From sequence record NC_048048.2: a stretch of 64,000 bases of DNA, one strand, 5' to 3'. The notes beneath the pieces are model-generated. The model was not told where the DNA came from and searched no databases. It saw only the letters and a list, made by a program, of their open reading frames with translations. Shown here one piece after another: positions 18,264 through 27,891 of the stretch (position 1 is its first letter; each line of letters opens with the position of its first letter). Made by a program: the position numbers and the translations under genes.

Positions 18264-18635
18264 TTGACCGACCAGTCGAAGATCGCTGAACGCCAACTCG
18301 CGCCCAAGCAGATGCTGCACTGGGCGCGGCGTCACGGCCTCGTGCCGATCCGGTACAGCAAGCGCCGCTGGCGGGAATATCCCCTCTTCAAGACCGCCAA
18401 GCTCAAGTTCATCGCCGGCTGCCGCGACCAGAAGCGCTTCGTCCGCGTCCTGCCCCACCTTGACCGGATGGAAATCTGCGACGGCTTCATGGACCGCTGG
18501 GCCAACTCGCACGGCGCCGAGGTGGTCATGCCCAAGACCATGGCCGAGTTTGACGTGGCGATCGAGACCCTCCTGAAGGAGTCTGAGCCCAGAGTCCGAG
18601 ACACCCACCCCGTCGAGGAGAACGCCAATGGCTAG
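18264..18635 (+). CDS. hypothetical protein
   Basis: TTG start after AGGAGA. Confidence 0.7.
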   Translation: MTDQSKIAERQLAPKQMLHWARRHGLVPIRYSKRRWREYPLFKTAKLKFIAGCRDQKRFVRVLPHLDRMEICDGFMDRWANSHGAEVVMPKTMAEFDVAIETLLKESEPRVRDTHPVEENANG

Positions 18636-19029
18636 CGCCGCCGCGATCGCGGGCATCAGCACCTATGGCCTCAAGTGGCGTTGGGTCTGCTCCATCGGCC
18701 TGCGCAACAACGCCGCGCGGCTGGTCGCCATGATCGATCATGTCGAAAACCCGCTCCAGGCCCAGGTCCTCCATCCGATGTGGTTCGACGACATCGTCGA
18801 GCCCGTGCGCGTGTATGTCGAGAAGATCGAGGCCAAAGGCGTCCGTGACGACCACGAACGCGCTCTGGTGAGGGCGCTCAACGATTGGGTCTATGAGGCC
18901 AAGACCGTTCTGGTCTCCGACATCGACACGGTCTATGACGGCGACCCCAACGCTTGGATCGAATCCAGGATCGAGGACCTGCACGAACTCTACGACGTCT
19001 TCGACTACTACCGCGTGTGCTGCTACTGA
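18628..19029 (+). CDS. hypothetical protein
   Basis: ORF track 133 aa. Confidence 0.7.
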   Translation: MASAAAIAGISTYGLKWRWVCSIGLRNNAARLVAMIDHVENPLQAQVLHPMWFDDIVEPVRVYVEKIEAKGVRDDHERALVRALNDWVYEAKTVLVSDIDTVYDGDPNAWIESRIEDLHELYDVFDYYRVCCY

Positions 19030-19304
19030 TGGCTGATCCTGGCCTCCTGGTTCGCGACGAGCACTACGACGTCGACGTCAGTCACGACACCGTCTGGGTC
19101 AACGACGCCGTTGGCATGTGCATTGGCCGTTTCGGTCCGCGCGGCATCGACGTCCACGCCACCGCCCAGGATCAGCTAGAGGGAGCACACTGCTTGGCCT
19201 GCGCCAAGCGCTCCGCCGACGCCGATCGGGACTGGGCCTTCTTCGTCGACAACATGCTCGCCCATCACCGTGTTCAACTCACCGACCAGGACCGTCCCGG
19301 ATGA
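19029..19304 (+). CDS. hypothetical protein
   Basis: TGATG start MADPGL. Confidence 0.65.
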   Translation: MADPGLLVRDEHYDVDVSHDTVWVNDAVGMCIGRFGPRGIDVHATAQDQLEGAHCLACAKRSADADRDWAFFVDNMLAHHRVQLTDQDRPG

Positions 19305-19675
19305 ACCTGCATCAGAACATCGCCGACACGGTCGGCGCCAACGTTTCGACCCTGCTGCTGCGCACCGAATTCGAGAGCGCGGCCAACGACATCCTAGCCC
19401 TGCTGGGACCGCACGCTGAACTGGCCTGGGCCATTCATGCGGTCGAGCAGACCTTGCCCGGATGGGGCTGGTTGACGCGCAACGACGACGAGCAGGGCTA
19501 CTTCGCCAACATCATGACGCCGGATTTCGCCGGCGGGGTGGAGATCATCAACGGCTACGTCCTCGACTTCTCCGTCGGCGAGCGGTTCTACGCCTACGCC
19601 AAGACCCCAGGTGAGGCCCTGTTGAACGCTTTGGGTCAGGTCACCGTACGCCTGAAGAAGACTGCCGATGCCTAG
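19301..19675 (+). CDS. hypothetical protein
   Basis: ATGA start MNLHQN. Confidence 0.7.
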   Translation: MNLHQNIADTVGANVSTLLLRTEFESAANDILALLGPHAELAWAIHAVEQTLPGWGWLTRNDDEQGYFANIMTPDFAGGVEIINGYVLDFSVGERFYAYAKTPGEALLNALGQVTVRLKKTADA

Positions 19676-20852
19676 TCGTATCCTGATCCCGGCCGACCTG
19701 CTGCGCCTGCGCCAGGGCTTCCAGAGCATCGACCGCGACATTCGCTTCGTCGGCGGCTGCGTGCGCGACACCTTGTTCGGCCTCGTGCCCAAGGACATCG
19801 ACCTCTGCACCGACGCCTCGATCAACGAGATGATCCTGCTCGCCAGTCGTCTGGGGATCACGGTGATCCCGACCGGCGCCGAGCATGGCACCCTGACCTT
19901 CAAGCTCGACAGTGGCCTCTACGAGATCACCTGCCTGCGCGAGGAGACCAAGCACGACGGCCGCCGCGCCGAGTGCCGCTTCGGCCGAGACTGGGACAAG
20001 GACCTCTCGCGACGAGACCTGACCATCAACGCCATGGCCATGGATTTCGACGGCGTGATCTACGATCCGTTCGGCGGGCGGAAGGACCTGGAGCACGGTG
20101 TCGTCCGCTTCGTGGGCGACACCACCGATCGCATGCGCGAGGATTACCTGCGCATCCTGCGCTGGCTGCGCTTCCATGGTCGCTATGGTCGGGCGCCGAT
20201 CGACTTCCACGCCATGCTCGCCGCCCAGGACGTCCGCGAGGGGCTGTCGAAGCGGGACGTCGACGGATCGTTCCTGATCTCGCGTGAACGGGTCTGGGCC
20301 GAGATGGCCAAAATCTTCGCCGGCCCCCGCGTCGGCTACATCCTCCACTACCTCGTCCACATGCGCCTGGACGAGCACATCGACATGGTCGGCCCCTATA
20401 ACGTCAACCGTCTGGAGTGGGTGGCCAAGAAGACCGACGACTACATCGTCCGTCTCGTGGCGTTCATGACGTCGGTCGCCCAGGTCGAGGCGCTGGCCGA
20501 GGCCTGGAAGTGGAGCGTCGACGAGCGCAAGCGCGCCGTCTTCTTAGCAAAAGAGGTCTATGGCAGCCGTACACGCCTGGACTGGTTGGTGCTGATGGGG
20601 ATGGCGTCCAAGGCCTGGGCCGAGGACATCGCCCTCATTCGCGAGGATGAGGAGGCTTTCGAGACCCTGCGTGCATGGAATCCGCCCACCTTCCCGCTGC
20701 GGGGCCAAGACTTGCTGGACATAGGCTTCGCGCCCGGCCCGGCGATCGGCTACCATCTGGATGAACTGCGGGTCGCCTGGGCGCATGCCGACGGCCTCCT
20801 CACCAAAGAGCAACTGCTTCAAGGCCTCACGCCGGAGACCAACTATGGCTGA
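19668..20852 (+). CDS. cca: CCA-adding tRNA nucleotidyltransferase (class II, poly(A) polymerase superfamily)
   Basis: FVGGCVRD, DIDL, RRDLTINAM, EDYLRILRWLRFHGR, SRERVWAEM, FPLRGQDL. Confidence 0.9.
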   Translation: MPSRILIPADLLRLRQGFQSIDRDIRFVGGCVRDTLFGLVPKDIDLCTDASINEMILLASRLGITVIPTGAEHGTLTFKLDSGLYEITCLREETKHDGRRAECRFGRDWDKDLSRRDLTINAMAMDFDGVIYDPFGGRKDLEHGVVRFVGDTTDRMREDYLRILRWLRFHGRYGRAPIDFHAMLAAQDVREGLSKRDVDGSFLISRERVWAEMAKIFAGPRVGYILHYLVHMRLDEHIDMVGPYNVNRLEWVAKKTDDYIVRLVAFMTSVAQVEALAEAWKWSVDERKRAVFLAKEVYGSRTRLDWLVLMGMASKAWAEDIALIREDEEAFETLRAWNPPTFPLRGQDLLDIGFAPGPAIGYHLDELRVAWAHADGLLTKEQLLQGLTPETNYG

Positions 20853-21171
20853 TCTGAGCCCCATCCTGGTCCAGGAGATCACCCGGATCATCAACAGCAA
20901 GTCGCCCCTGTCGGACAAGCCGCAAGGCGCCAGCGGGGTTTCGTTCGTCGGCGGCACCCTGCCAGACCGGATCACCCACATCATCGCCTTCCACGTCGAA
21001 GGCTGGGGCCTGCATCGCTGGGCCTCCTTCGCCTACGTGATCGCCGGTCCCGATCCTCTCAACATGGAGGTCCGAAACATCACCTATCGCGAGGACCTGA
21101 CCATGCCCGGCGTCGCGCCTTGGGACGACGAGGACCTCACCGCCCTGGCCGCCAAGCTCCTCTATGTCTGA
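20845..21171 (+). CDS. hypothetical protein
   Basis: Start MADLSP. Confidence 0.65.
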   Translation: MADLSPILVQEITRIINSKSPLSDKPQGASGVSFVGGTLPDRITHIIAFHVEGWGLHRWASFAYVIAGPDPLNMEVRNITYREDLTMPGVAPWDDEDLTALAAKLLYV

Positions 21172-21409
21172 ACGCGTCCTGGTCGCCGCCATCAATGGCG
21201 ACCGCAATCGCTACTATGCCGAGCCCTGGTGCGATCCTTGGAACACCTGGGCCTTCCGGTGGAAGGTCTATCGCCACGATCGTCTCCCATGTGAGGGCCG
21301 TATGAGCCAATACATAGGCGAGGCCGCGTCGCTCATGGAAGCCCGGAAGGTCATCGCCCGGAACATCCGCAATATGCGGCGCCGCTCCAGGTTGCGAGAA
21401 AACAGTTGA
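21164..21409 (+). CDS. hypothetical protein
   Basis: 81 aa; stop is the TGA of the promoter TTGACA. Confidence 0.65.
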   Translation: MSERVLVAAINGDRNRYYAEPWCDPWNTWAFRWKVYRHDRLPCEGRMSQYIGEAASLMEARKVIARNIRNMRRRSRLRENS

Positions 21410-21444
21410 CAAACGCCAGCATCTCCCCAAGGATGCTGGCGTTT
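21397..21444 (+). promoter_or_regulatory. class A promoter overlapping a 13-bp-stem hairpin followed by a T-rich tract (terminator-like)
   Basis: AAACGCCAGCATC/GATGCTGGCGTTT then TCATTT. Confidence 0.75.
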
Positions 21445-21460
21445 TCATTTGGAGGATCGC

Positions 21461-21718
21461 ATGACCCGCACGCCGCCGCCGCTGAATGGCGAAAAGACCC
21501 ATCCGCTGTCGGCCGTTGCCCTGAGCACGCTGCGGAGCATCAGCCGCTTCCCCTGCCCGACCCAGGAGATCAATCACGGCCTGATCAACCGCTACCAGCG
21601 CGAGGGCCTGATCGAACTCTACGAGGACGTCAGTCCCTACAAGACCCACAAGGGCAAGAAGATCAGTTTCGTGCGCATCTCGCCGGCCGGCGAGGCCATT
21701 CTGCAAGAAATCGGTTGA
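21461..21718 (+). CDS. hypothetical protein, possible winged-helix
   Basis: GGAGG RBS; ends inside next promoter motif. Confidence 0.65.
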   Translation: MTRTPPPLNGEKTHPLSAVALSTLRSISRFPCPTQEINHGLINRYQREGLIELYEDVSPYKTHKGKKISFVRISPAGEAILQEIG

Positions 21719-21755
21719 CACTTGATCGATAGGCGTCCTAGATATCGATCATCAG
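21706..21755 (+). promoter_or_regulatory. class A promoter within stem-loop
   Basis: AGAAATCGGTTGACA-N17-CTAGAT; TGATCGATA/TATCGATCA arms. Confidence 0.8.
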
Positions 21756-21769
21756 CAGAGGAGAGCCCT

Positions 21770-22201
21770 GTGGAAGTCAACGCCAGCAACCTGCGCAACG
21801 CCCTGATCGTCCTCAAAGAGGAAGACCCCAATCTGGCCCACCTCCTGGACCCGCTCATCGACGACCGCGTCACCCTGCGCCAGTTCGCCGACATCCTGAA
21901 GACGGTCTACGAGACGGGCTATAACCGCCCGTCCCTGTCAAGCTTCACCGTCACCGGCTCCAAGCACATCGGCTTCCCGATGGACATGCTGCGCAAGGGC
22001 GACTGCTGGCCGGCCACAACCGACGACGCCAACCTGATCGAGAAGCTGATCGAACGCAACGACGGCTACATCGCCCGTCTGCCCAAGAACGTCACGATCC
22101 GCCTGACCACCTGCGCCAGCGAGTACGCCCAGGACAACGCCGCCGCCCGCTGGGCCTCGTTCGGCTGGACCGTCGCGACCCTGGAACAGGACGCGGCCTG
22201 A
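21770..22201 (+). CDS. hypothetical protein
   Basis: GTG start after GAGGAG; FPMDMLRKGDCWP motif. Confidence 0.7.
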   Translation: MEVNASNLRNALIVLKEEDPNLAHLLDPLIDDRVTLRQFADILKTVYETGYNRPSLSSFTVTGSKHIGFPMDMLRKGDCWPATTDDANLIEKLIERNDGYIARLPKNVTIRLTTCASEYAQDNAAARWASFGWTVATLEQDAA

Positions 22202-22620
22202 TGCGCAAAGCCCTGACCAGGGCCGTGACGATCGCCGGCCGCCGCTGCAACCTGATCGACGTCTTCGTCAAGCGCTACGACCTGTCGATGCTGCACGATC
22301 GCCTCACGGTCGACACGTCGGTCGGCGTGCGCATCCTGGGCCTGGGCTTCAACATCCAGGCCTATCAGAGCACGCGGACCTGGACCCTGGCCCTGGGCCA
22401 CTCCTGGCTGCTGGATGTTCAAATCGGCGGGACGGCGGAAGCCGTCTCGTCGCCGCTGAACACGGGCGCGCCCGACTTCAATCCGCCGGGCTTCCGCTTC
22501 TGCATGACCATCCTGGGCTCGATCACCAAGTCGCGCTGGACCTGGGAGGGCTTTGAGGTCACCAACGTCCTCTTCCCCGGCCATGGTCGCGTGATGCGCT
22601 GGAGCCATCAGTTTGGCTAA
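22201..22620 (+). CDS. hypothetical protein
   Basis: ORF track 139 aa. Confidence 0.65.
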   Translation: MRKALTRAVTIAGRRCNLIDVFVKRYDLSMLHDRLTVDTSVGVRILGLGFNIQAYQSTRTWTLALGHSWLLDVQIGGTAEAVSSPLNTGAPDFNPPGFRFCMTILGSITKSRWTWEGFEVTNVLFPGHGRVMRWSHQFG

Positions 22621-23818
22621 CCTGGACCTCCTCAACGAGTTCTGGACCCGCACCGAACGCGAAGACGAGTTCTCCGGCTACCGTGATTTCGTGCGCCGGG
22701 CGCGCGCCTTCACGCTCGATGACGACATGGCCTCGACGGTCAGCCGCTTGGCGGTCCGCGCCGATGACAAGATGCTCCTGCGGTACAAGCAGGCGGCCCG
22801 TCTCCCGTACCCGGAGATGTGGGTCGAGATGGACTATGAGCAGGGCTTTGCCGAGAACGCGTCAAACCGCCATCTTTTTGGCCGTCCCGAGCGCGTCGGC
22901 TGGATGCTGTCTCAAGGTCACCCCAACTACGGCCCGGATGCGATCAAGGTGATCCGCGTCGCCAAGACCGATGGCGGCGGTCCGCTTGCCGGCGGCGATC
23001 AACTGGCGTCGGTCTACCCGATGCAGATGATCTGGCTGCCAGAGGGCAGGATCAGCTATGTGCGCCAGGACGTTCGACGGGGCTTGCCGGCCAACGCCGA
23101 GGCCTGGATCGAGGCGTGGCACACCGCCGAGGAGAAGTTCAACAACCAGTCCGCCTCCTTGCGGCTGGCCTGGACTCCGAACGATCCCGGCGTCCCACGC
23201 GACGCTCAAGGCGACGCTGACGAATTGCTACGCCGCGCCAGCGCCGAGACCGACAAGCTGCCTCTGGCCGGCCATGTCATCGTGACCCTGGAAGGGCGCG
23301 CCTTGACCGCCTTGGCCCGGCGCCGTGATCCCAAGGAGATGTTCACGGGCGTCAGCGAACTGATGGGCGCGGCGCTCTACGATCAGACGGGCGACGCCGG
23401 TTTCCTGGTCGCGGCCCTGTCCCTGATCAACGAAATACCCGTCCGTTTCGTCGAGCATCAGCCGCGCGGGTCGCTACGGGCCGGCGGACGGCTGCGGCCG
23501 TACATGCGCTCCTCGATCGTCTCGATCGAAGTGCCCGCCACCCGTCGCCGGATCAAGGACATCGAAAAGACCATCAAGCAGCGCGTCGAGGCCGCCAAGC
23601 GCGCCCGCCACGAGGTGCGCGGCCATTGGATGACCGCCGACAAGCCGCCGCGTGTCGAGCAGACCCGCGAGACCAAGCGCTGGGAGACCTACTTCGACCG
23701 CGATGGCCGTATTCGCTGGCGGACCTGGATCGACAACCACATGCGCGGCAGCGCCGAGGTGGGCTACGTCCAGCAGGTCTACGAGGTGACCGAGAACCCG
23801 CGCCGTTCGAACTACTAG
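22613..23818 (+). CDS. conserved phage hypothetical protein
   Basis: 401 aa; C-terminal RHEVRGHW...WIDNHMRG motif. Confidence 0.75.
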   Translation: MANLDLLNEFWTRTEREDEFSGYRDFVRRARAFTLDDDMASTVSRLAVRADDKMLLRYKQAARLPYPEMWVEMDYEQGFAENASNRHLFGRPERVGWMLSQGHPNYGPDAIKVIRVAKTDGGGPLAGGDQLASVYPMQMIWLPEGRISYVRQDVRRGLPANAEAWIEAWHTAEEKFNNQSASLRLAWTPNDPGVPRDAQGDADELLRRASAETDKLPLAGHVIVTLEGRALTALARRRDPKEMFTGVSELMGAALYDQTGDAGFLVAALSLINEIPVRFVEHQPRGSLRAGGRLRPYMRSSIVSIEVPATRRRIKDIEKTIKQRVEAAKRARHEVRGHWMTADKPPRVEQTRETKRWETYFDRDGRIRWRTWIDNHMRGSAEVGYVQQVYEVTENPRRSNY

Positions 23819-23854
23819 AAAACGGTTGACACAGTTGGTAGGCGTCTCTATGAG
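23817..23854 (+). promoter_or_regulatory. class A promoter within stem-loop
   Basis: AGAAAACGGTTGACA-N16-CTATGA. Confidence 0.8.
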
Positions 23855-23884
23855 GGGGCGACTGAAACCAGGAAAGGATTTGCT

Positions 23885-24412
23885 TTGACCGACGAGACCG
23901 AAACCGAGCACGCCCTGTATTACGCCCTCGTCGCTGGCGCGGCCGAGTTCGACGGGCTGCCGGCTGTGCTCCTGGCGGTCTGGTCCGAGAACGACAAGAC
24001 CGTCACCGGCCGGGTCGTCGAGCAGATCTACACTTACAACAACAACATCACCCACGTGACCAAGCCCGATCCGAAGAACGCGATCTTTCGGGGCCGCCTG
24101 GGCACCAACCTCTTCCGCGCCTCCAAGAACCGCCTGCTGGCCACGTTCGCCGATAAGGCGACGGCCGAGGAGGCGACCTTCAAGGCCAATACCATCGCTT
24201 CGGTCCAGGTCGACGAGTTCGGCGAGAGCGAGAAGATCAAGGAGATGCGTCAACGCGCCTTTGATCTGGAGCAGCAGGCCCGCAAGCTGCGCGAAGAGAT
24301 CAGGCCTCTACGCGCCGCTGCCTGGGAAGACCGCTTCCAGCAAATCCTCGGCACGCTGCGCGACTCCGGCGCCACTCACGTCTGGTCGCCGCCCGAGGAC
24401 GTCACGGCATGA
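23885..24412 (+). CDS. hypothetical protein
   Basis: ORF track 175 aa. Confidence 0.7.
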   Translation: MTDETETEHALYYALVAGAAEFDGLPAVLLAVWSENDKTVTGRVVEQIYTYNNNITHVTKPDPKNAIFRGRLGTNLFRASKNRLLATFADKATAEEATFKANTIASVQVDEFGESEKIKEMRQRAFDLEQQARKLREEIRPLRAAAWEDRFQQILGTLRDSGATHVWSPPEDVTA

Positions 24413-24600
24413 CGCTCCTCGACGTCTGGATCATCGGCCTCGTACCGTCGATGCTGATCATCCTCTACTGGAACACCTACGAACTGCGTGGGTGGAACAT
24501 CCTCTACGTCCTGATCGCGGCGTTCATCGCCGCTGGCCTTTGGCCGATCTTCTGGCCGTGGCACCTGATCATGACCGTCAAACAAGACCAAGAAAGCTGA
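24409..24600 (+). CDS. small membrane protein
   Basis: 63 aa hydrophobic. Confidence 0.65.
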   Translation: MTLLDVWIIGLVPSMLIILYWNTYELRGWNILYVLIAAFIAAGLWPIFWPWHLIMTVKQDQES

Positions 24601-24602
24601 GC

Positions 24603-25238
24603 ATGAACCAACCCGTCAAGCACCTCATCCTCCACGCCGTCGAAGACGCCGGCATCCAGGGCATGGTCCGCGCCGTCCTCGGCCCGGATTTCTCCTCGAT
24701 CCTGGTTCCGGCCGAGATGATCCACGAGGAATGGGACAACCCCGAGCCTGTCGCCGTTCTGCTTCAGCCGGTCTATAACGAAGACACCGGGCGCCTGGGC
24801 GTCGTGCTGGGTCGACGCGCGGTCGCGCCCAAGGTGGGCGAATGGGCGTTCCCCGGCGGCTTCATGCAACGCGGCGAGACGCCCGAGGAGGGCGCAGTGC
24901 GCGAGACCCAGGAAGAATGGGGCATCGCCGGCCTCTATGGCCACACCGCCCGTATCTGGAAGGTCTATCCCTCGACCGGCGCCAAGCCGCGTCTGCTGAT
25001 CTTCTGCGTCAACGGCCATACCTTGAAGGCTTCGGAAGTTCGCGAAATCCTCGGCGCCCAGAAGGGCGACGGCGAGATGAGCGAGTTCCAGGTCTTCTAT
25101 GACCCGATCGAGACGGCCTTCCCGATCCACACCACCGTCCTGGCGAAGTTCTTCGCCGAGGCCGGCGTGGGCGCGAAGGAATTCCCGATGAGCGGCTACG
25201 GGCTGATCGCCTCCCGCAGCCATCCCCCGCAACGCTAG
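24603..25238 (+). CDS. Nudix hydrolase
   Basis: WAFPGGFMQRGETPEEGAVRETQEEWGI Nudix box. Confidence 0.9.
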   Translation: MNQPVKHLILHAVEDAGIQGMVRAVLGPDFSSILVPAEMIHEEWDNPEPVAVLLQPVYNEDTGRLGVVLGRRAVAPKVGEWAFPGGFMQRGETPEEGAVRETQEEWGIAGLYGHTARIWKVYPSTGAKPRLLIFCVNGHTLKASEVREILGAQKGDGEMSEFQVFYDPIETAFPIHTTVLAKFFAEAGVGAKEFPMSGYGLIASRSHPPQR

Positions 25239-25248
25239 GAGCCCGGCC

Positions 25249-25416
25249 ATGCCCGCAACCCGTCTGCGTGACCCCAAGTCGGTGGCCAAGATCATCAAGA
25301 CCTTCGACGAAACCAAAAGCCTGGACAAGACCGCCAAGAAGATGAAGGCCTCGGTGTCGGGCATCCGGGCGGTGCTGCGCGTCCACGCACCGCACCTGCT
25401 CGAACCCGGCACCTGA
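25249..25416 (+). CDS. small basic protein, possible HTH (55 aa)
   Basis: Hand-translated MPATRLRDPKSVAKIIKTFDETKSLDKTAKKMKASVSGIRAVLR...; AGGAG RBS. Confidence 0.6.
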   Translation: MPATRLRDPKSVAKIIKTFDETKSLDKTAKKMKASVSGIRAVLRVHAPHLLEPGT

Positions 25417-25420
25417 GCCG

Positions 25421-25448
25421 CCGCCTAGGGCGCATGCGCCCTAGGCGG
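25421..25448. repeat. perfect 28-bp palindrome
   Basis: CCGCCTAGGGCGCATGCGCCCTAGGCGG equals its reverse complement. Confidence 0.9.
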
Positions 25449-25458
25449 AAATTCTACA

Positions 25459-25496
25459 AGAAATCTGTTGACACCCTCTTTGAGCGTAGCCTATGG
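25459..25496 (+). promoter_or_regulatory. class A promoter
   Basis: AGAAATCTGTTGACA-N17-CTATGG. Confidence 0.8.
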
Positions 25497-25525
25497 TGCG
25501 TACATAGCCGCTTGAGGAGAGCCCC

Positions 25526-26359
25526 GTGTCGATCACCATGCCCGCCCAGAAAGACGCCGACGGCAACTGGCCCGAGACGGCGTACACGCCGGTCGAACCC
25601 TTCACCGAGGGCTCCTACCCGACCACGCAGCGTTATGACCACGAGGCCAAAAAGAGCGTCCTGGTCTACGACGAGTTCGACCCGGCCACCGGACGCTACG
25701 TCCAGGTCACGCCGATGTTCGGCCCCTACCGTCGCAATCACCTCGTTGGCTATCGGCCGACCGAACACTTCGAGTGCGTCATGGCCGAGACCTACAAGGG
25801 CCGGGTCCTGAGCCTGGGCGAAGTCAACGGCTATCACGACAGCGACTTCTACGCGATCGCCTGGAACCCTGAGAAGCCCGGCTACGATCGCATCGAGTAC
25901 GCCTCGACGCGCGGCTACACCTACCATTGCAGCGCCTATGTCGACGCCACCGACGAGGTTCGCGCCGCCGCCCAGGCCTATGACGAGGAGCAGACCCGGC
26001 TGCGGATCGAGGCGCGGGCCAAGGCCGTGGAAGACGCGCGCGCCGATTACGCCAAGACGCTGGAGGTCGACACCTCGGTGATCTCACGCCTGGAGCAGGC
26101 CTATGGGCAAATCGACCCGCGCCCCATCTCGACCTACGGACGCTATGGCGGCCATTATACCTCCCTGTCGCGGGCCTATGGCTTCACGCGGGAGTCCAAC
26201 GCCCTCGACGCTGTCCTGGCGCTGATCATCAGCGCCAAGAAGGGTCGCCTGCGCAGCGAATTCAAGAAGAATCTCGCTGCCCAGGTCATGGCTTGGCTGG
26301 CCGATCCGGCGCCCAAGTACCCGACCCCGCTGTCCACCAAGCAACTCCAATACATCTAA
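25526..26359 (+). CDS. hypothetical protein
   Basis: 277 aa, GAGGAG RBS. Confidence 0.75.
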   Translation: MSITMPAQKDADGNWPETAYTPVEPFTEGSYPTTQRYDHEAKKSVLVYDEFDPATGRYVQVTPMFGPYRRNHLVGYRPTEHFECVMAETYKGRVLSLGEVNGYHDSDFYAIAWNPEKPGYDRIEYASTRGYTYHCSAYVDATDEVRAAAQAYDEEQTRLRIEARAKAVEDARADYAKTLEVDTSVISRLEQAYGQIDPRPISTYGRYGGHYTSLSRAYGFTRESNALDAVLALIISAKKGRLRSEFKKNLAAQVMAWLADPAPKYPTPLSTKQLQYI

Positions 26360-26371
26360 GGGAGGACCCCC

Positions 26372-27325
26372 TTGAGCTTCATTGACAACACCCAGCCGGT
26401 CGAAAGCGGCAGCTACGCCATCATGTGGAGCGGCGGCGCCTTCGAAGTCTTCGAACTGCGCTCGCAATTCCGCGAGAAGCAAGGTGACGGCACGATCCTT
26501 CGCTTCAACGCGTTCGAGGTCACCGATCCCTATCCGATCATCCTGAACGCACGCGAGATCACCGCCCGCTACGACGACAAGGACGAGGCCCTTCTGTGCG
26601 CCGACGCCGCCAGGGCGGCCTGGAAGGGCGGCGACGACGCGCTGAAGGAACTGCAAGACGAGTTCGACCGCAAGAAGAAGCTCCTCACCGAGCGCCGCGA
26701 CCGCTATGCCCGCGATCTGGCCATCGCCGGCCGCGAGAAGATCGACGCCGGCGTCATCAAGCCGATGACGATCCCGCTAAGCGATCGAGAGATCGACCGC
26801 GAGATGGAAGCTTCCTACCGCCAGGATGCGGCCGTCGAAAGCGCGCTTCGCAACATCACCGAGGTCTCCGCGCCGCTCGGTGACTTTCCTGGCCTGCCGG
26901 ACTCGTGGTATGAAAAGCCGGTGTGCTTCGTCGAATGGGACAGCGACGACGGAGACCCGTCAGTCGGCATTTCCGGCTGGCACGGCCTCTTCCTCAAGCC
27001 CGACCAGACCGGCTCGATCCTAGGCGACATCCTCGCCGATCTGGCCATGGACCCCAAGGACGCCGTCGAGACCGTCACGCTACCCGAGACGACCCACGAG
27101 AAGCTCTACACCCGCCTGCGCGCCGCCGAGGCCGTGATCGCTATCCTGACCGACGTCATGGAGGATCAGACCTCGACGAACATGCGCTTCGAGGCCAATC
27201 GCGACGCCTTCCGCGCCCGTGTTGACGCCCTGATGTCCTATATCAAAGTCAACACCGAAAAGCTGCTCGACGCCATGGCCGAATGGGACGAGGCCGTCGC
27301 CGCGCACGAGGAAGCCGACGCATGA
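26372..27325 (+). CDS. hypothetical protein
   Basis: 317 aa, GGGAGG RBS, TTG start. Confidence 0.75.
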   Translation: MSFIDNTQPVESGSYAIMWSGGAFEVFELRSQFREKQGDGTILRFNAFEVTDPYPIILNAREITARYDDKDEALLCADAARAAWKGGDDALKELQDEFDRKKKLLTERRDRYARDLAIAGREKIDAGVIKPMTIPLSDREIDREMEASYRQDAAVESALRNITEVSAPLGDFPGLPDSWYEKPVCFVEWDSDDGDPSVGISGWHGLFLKPDQTGSILGDILADLAMDPKDAVETVTLPETTHEKLYTRLRAAEAVIAILTDVMEDQTSTNMRFEANRDAFRARVDALMSYIKVNTEKLLDAMAEWDEAVAAHEEADA

Positions 27326-27819
27326 CCGCCATCTTCGACAAGCCCACCGTGCTCCAGCGCGTCCGTTTCGCCCAGAAGCTGATCCGCGCCATCCCGGACG
27401 ACGGCGACGCCATGCTGCCCGACACCAACGCCGCCATGGCCCAGGACGCGATCATCAACCTGATCGTGGCCTACAACCTGATCAGCGACGAGCAGGACTT
27501 CAAGTCGGTTCGCGTAGCGGTCACGTCGGACACCAGCCGCAAGCAGCCGCCGGTCCTGCTGGACCCGATCGCGCTGCGCGTGCCGGACGGTCCGCTGACG
27601 ATCGACATGCGCGCCATCCGCAACTACGACATGCTCGCCGCCGCCCGTTTCGAGGCGATCATCGGGCTGCTCTCCATGCCGGGCTTCCTCAATCCCGGCC
27701 GCAAGTACGCCGCCCTGTCGTTCGACGACATGAAGGACCTCGATCGCCTGGACCGCGTGCGCCTGTCGTACCTGCTGCTGGACCTGATTGAAGTCTACAC
27801 CTACGGTTTCATCGCCTAA
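27322..27819 (+). CDS. hypothetical protein
   Basis: ATGA start MTAIFD. Confidence 0.7.
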   Translation: MTAIFDKPTVLQRVRFAQKLIRAIPDDGDAMLPDTNAAMAQDAIINLIVAYNLISDEQDFKSVRVAVTSDTSRKQPPVLLDPIALRVPDGPLTIDMRAIRNYDMLAAARFEAIIGLLSMPGFLNPGRKYAALSFDDMKDLDRLDRVRLSYLLLDLIEVYTYGFIA

Positions 27820-27824
27820 CTGCA

Positions 27825-27862
27825 AGAAAACTGTTGACACCCGTCAAAGGGGTCTCTAAAAG
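27825..27862 (+). promoter_or_regulatory. class A promoter
   Basis: AGAAAACTGTTGACA-N16-CTAAAA; TTGAC/GTCAA inverted repeat. Confidence 0.8.
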
Positions 27863-27891
27863 ACGCTCATCCGCCGCTAGAGGAGACCCCG

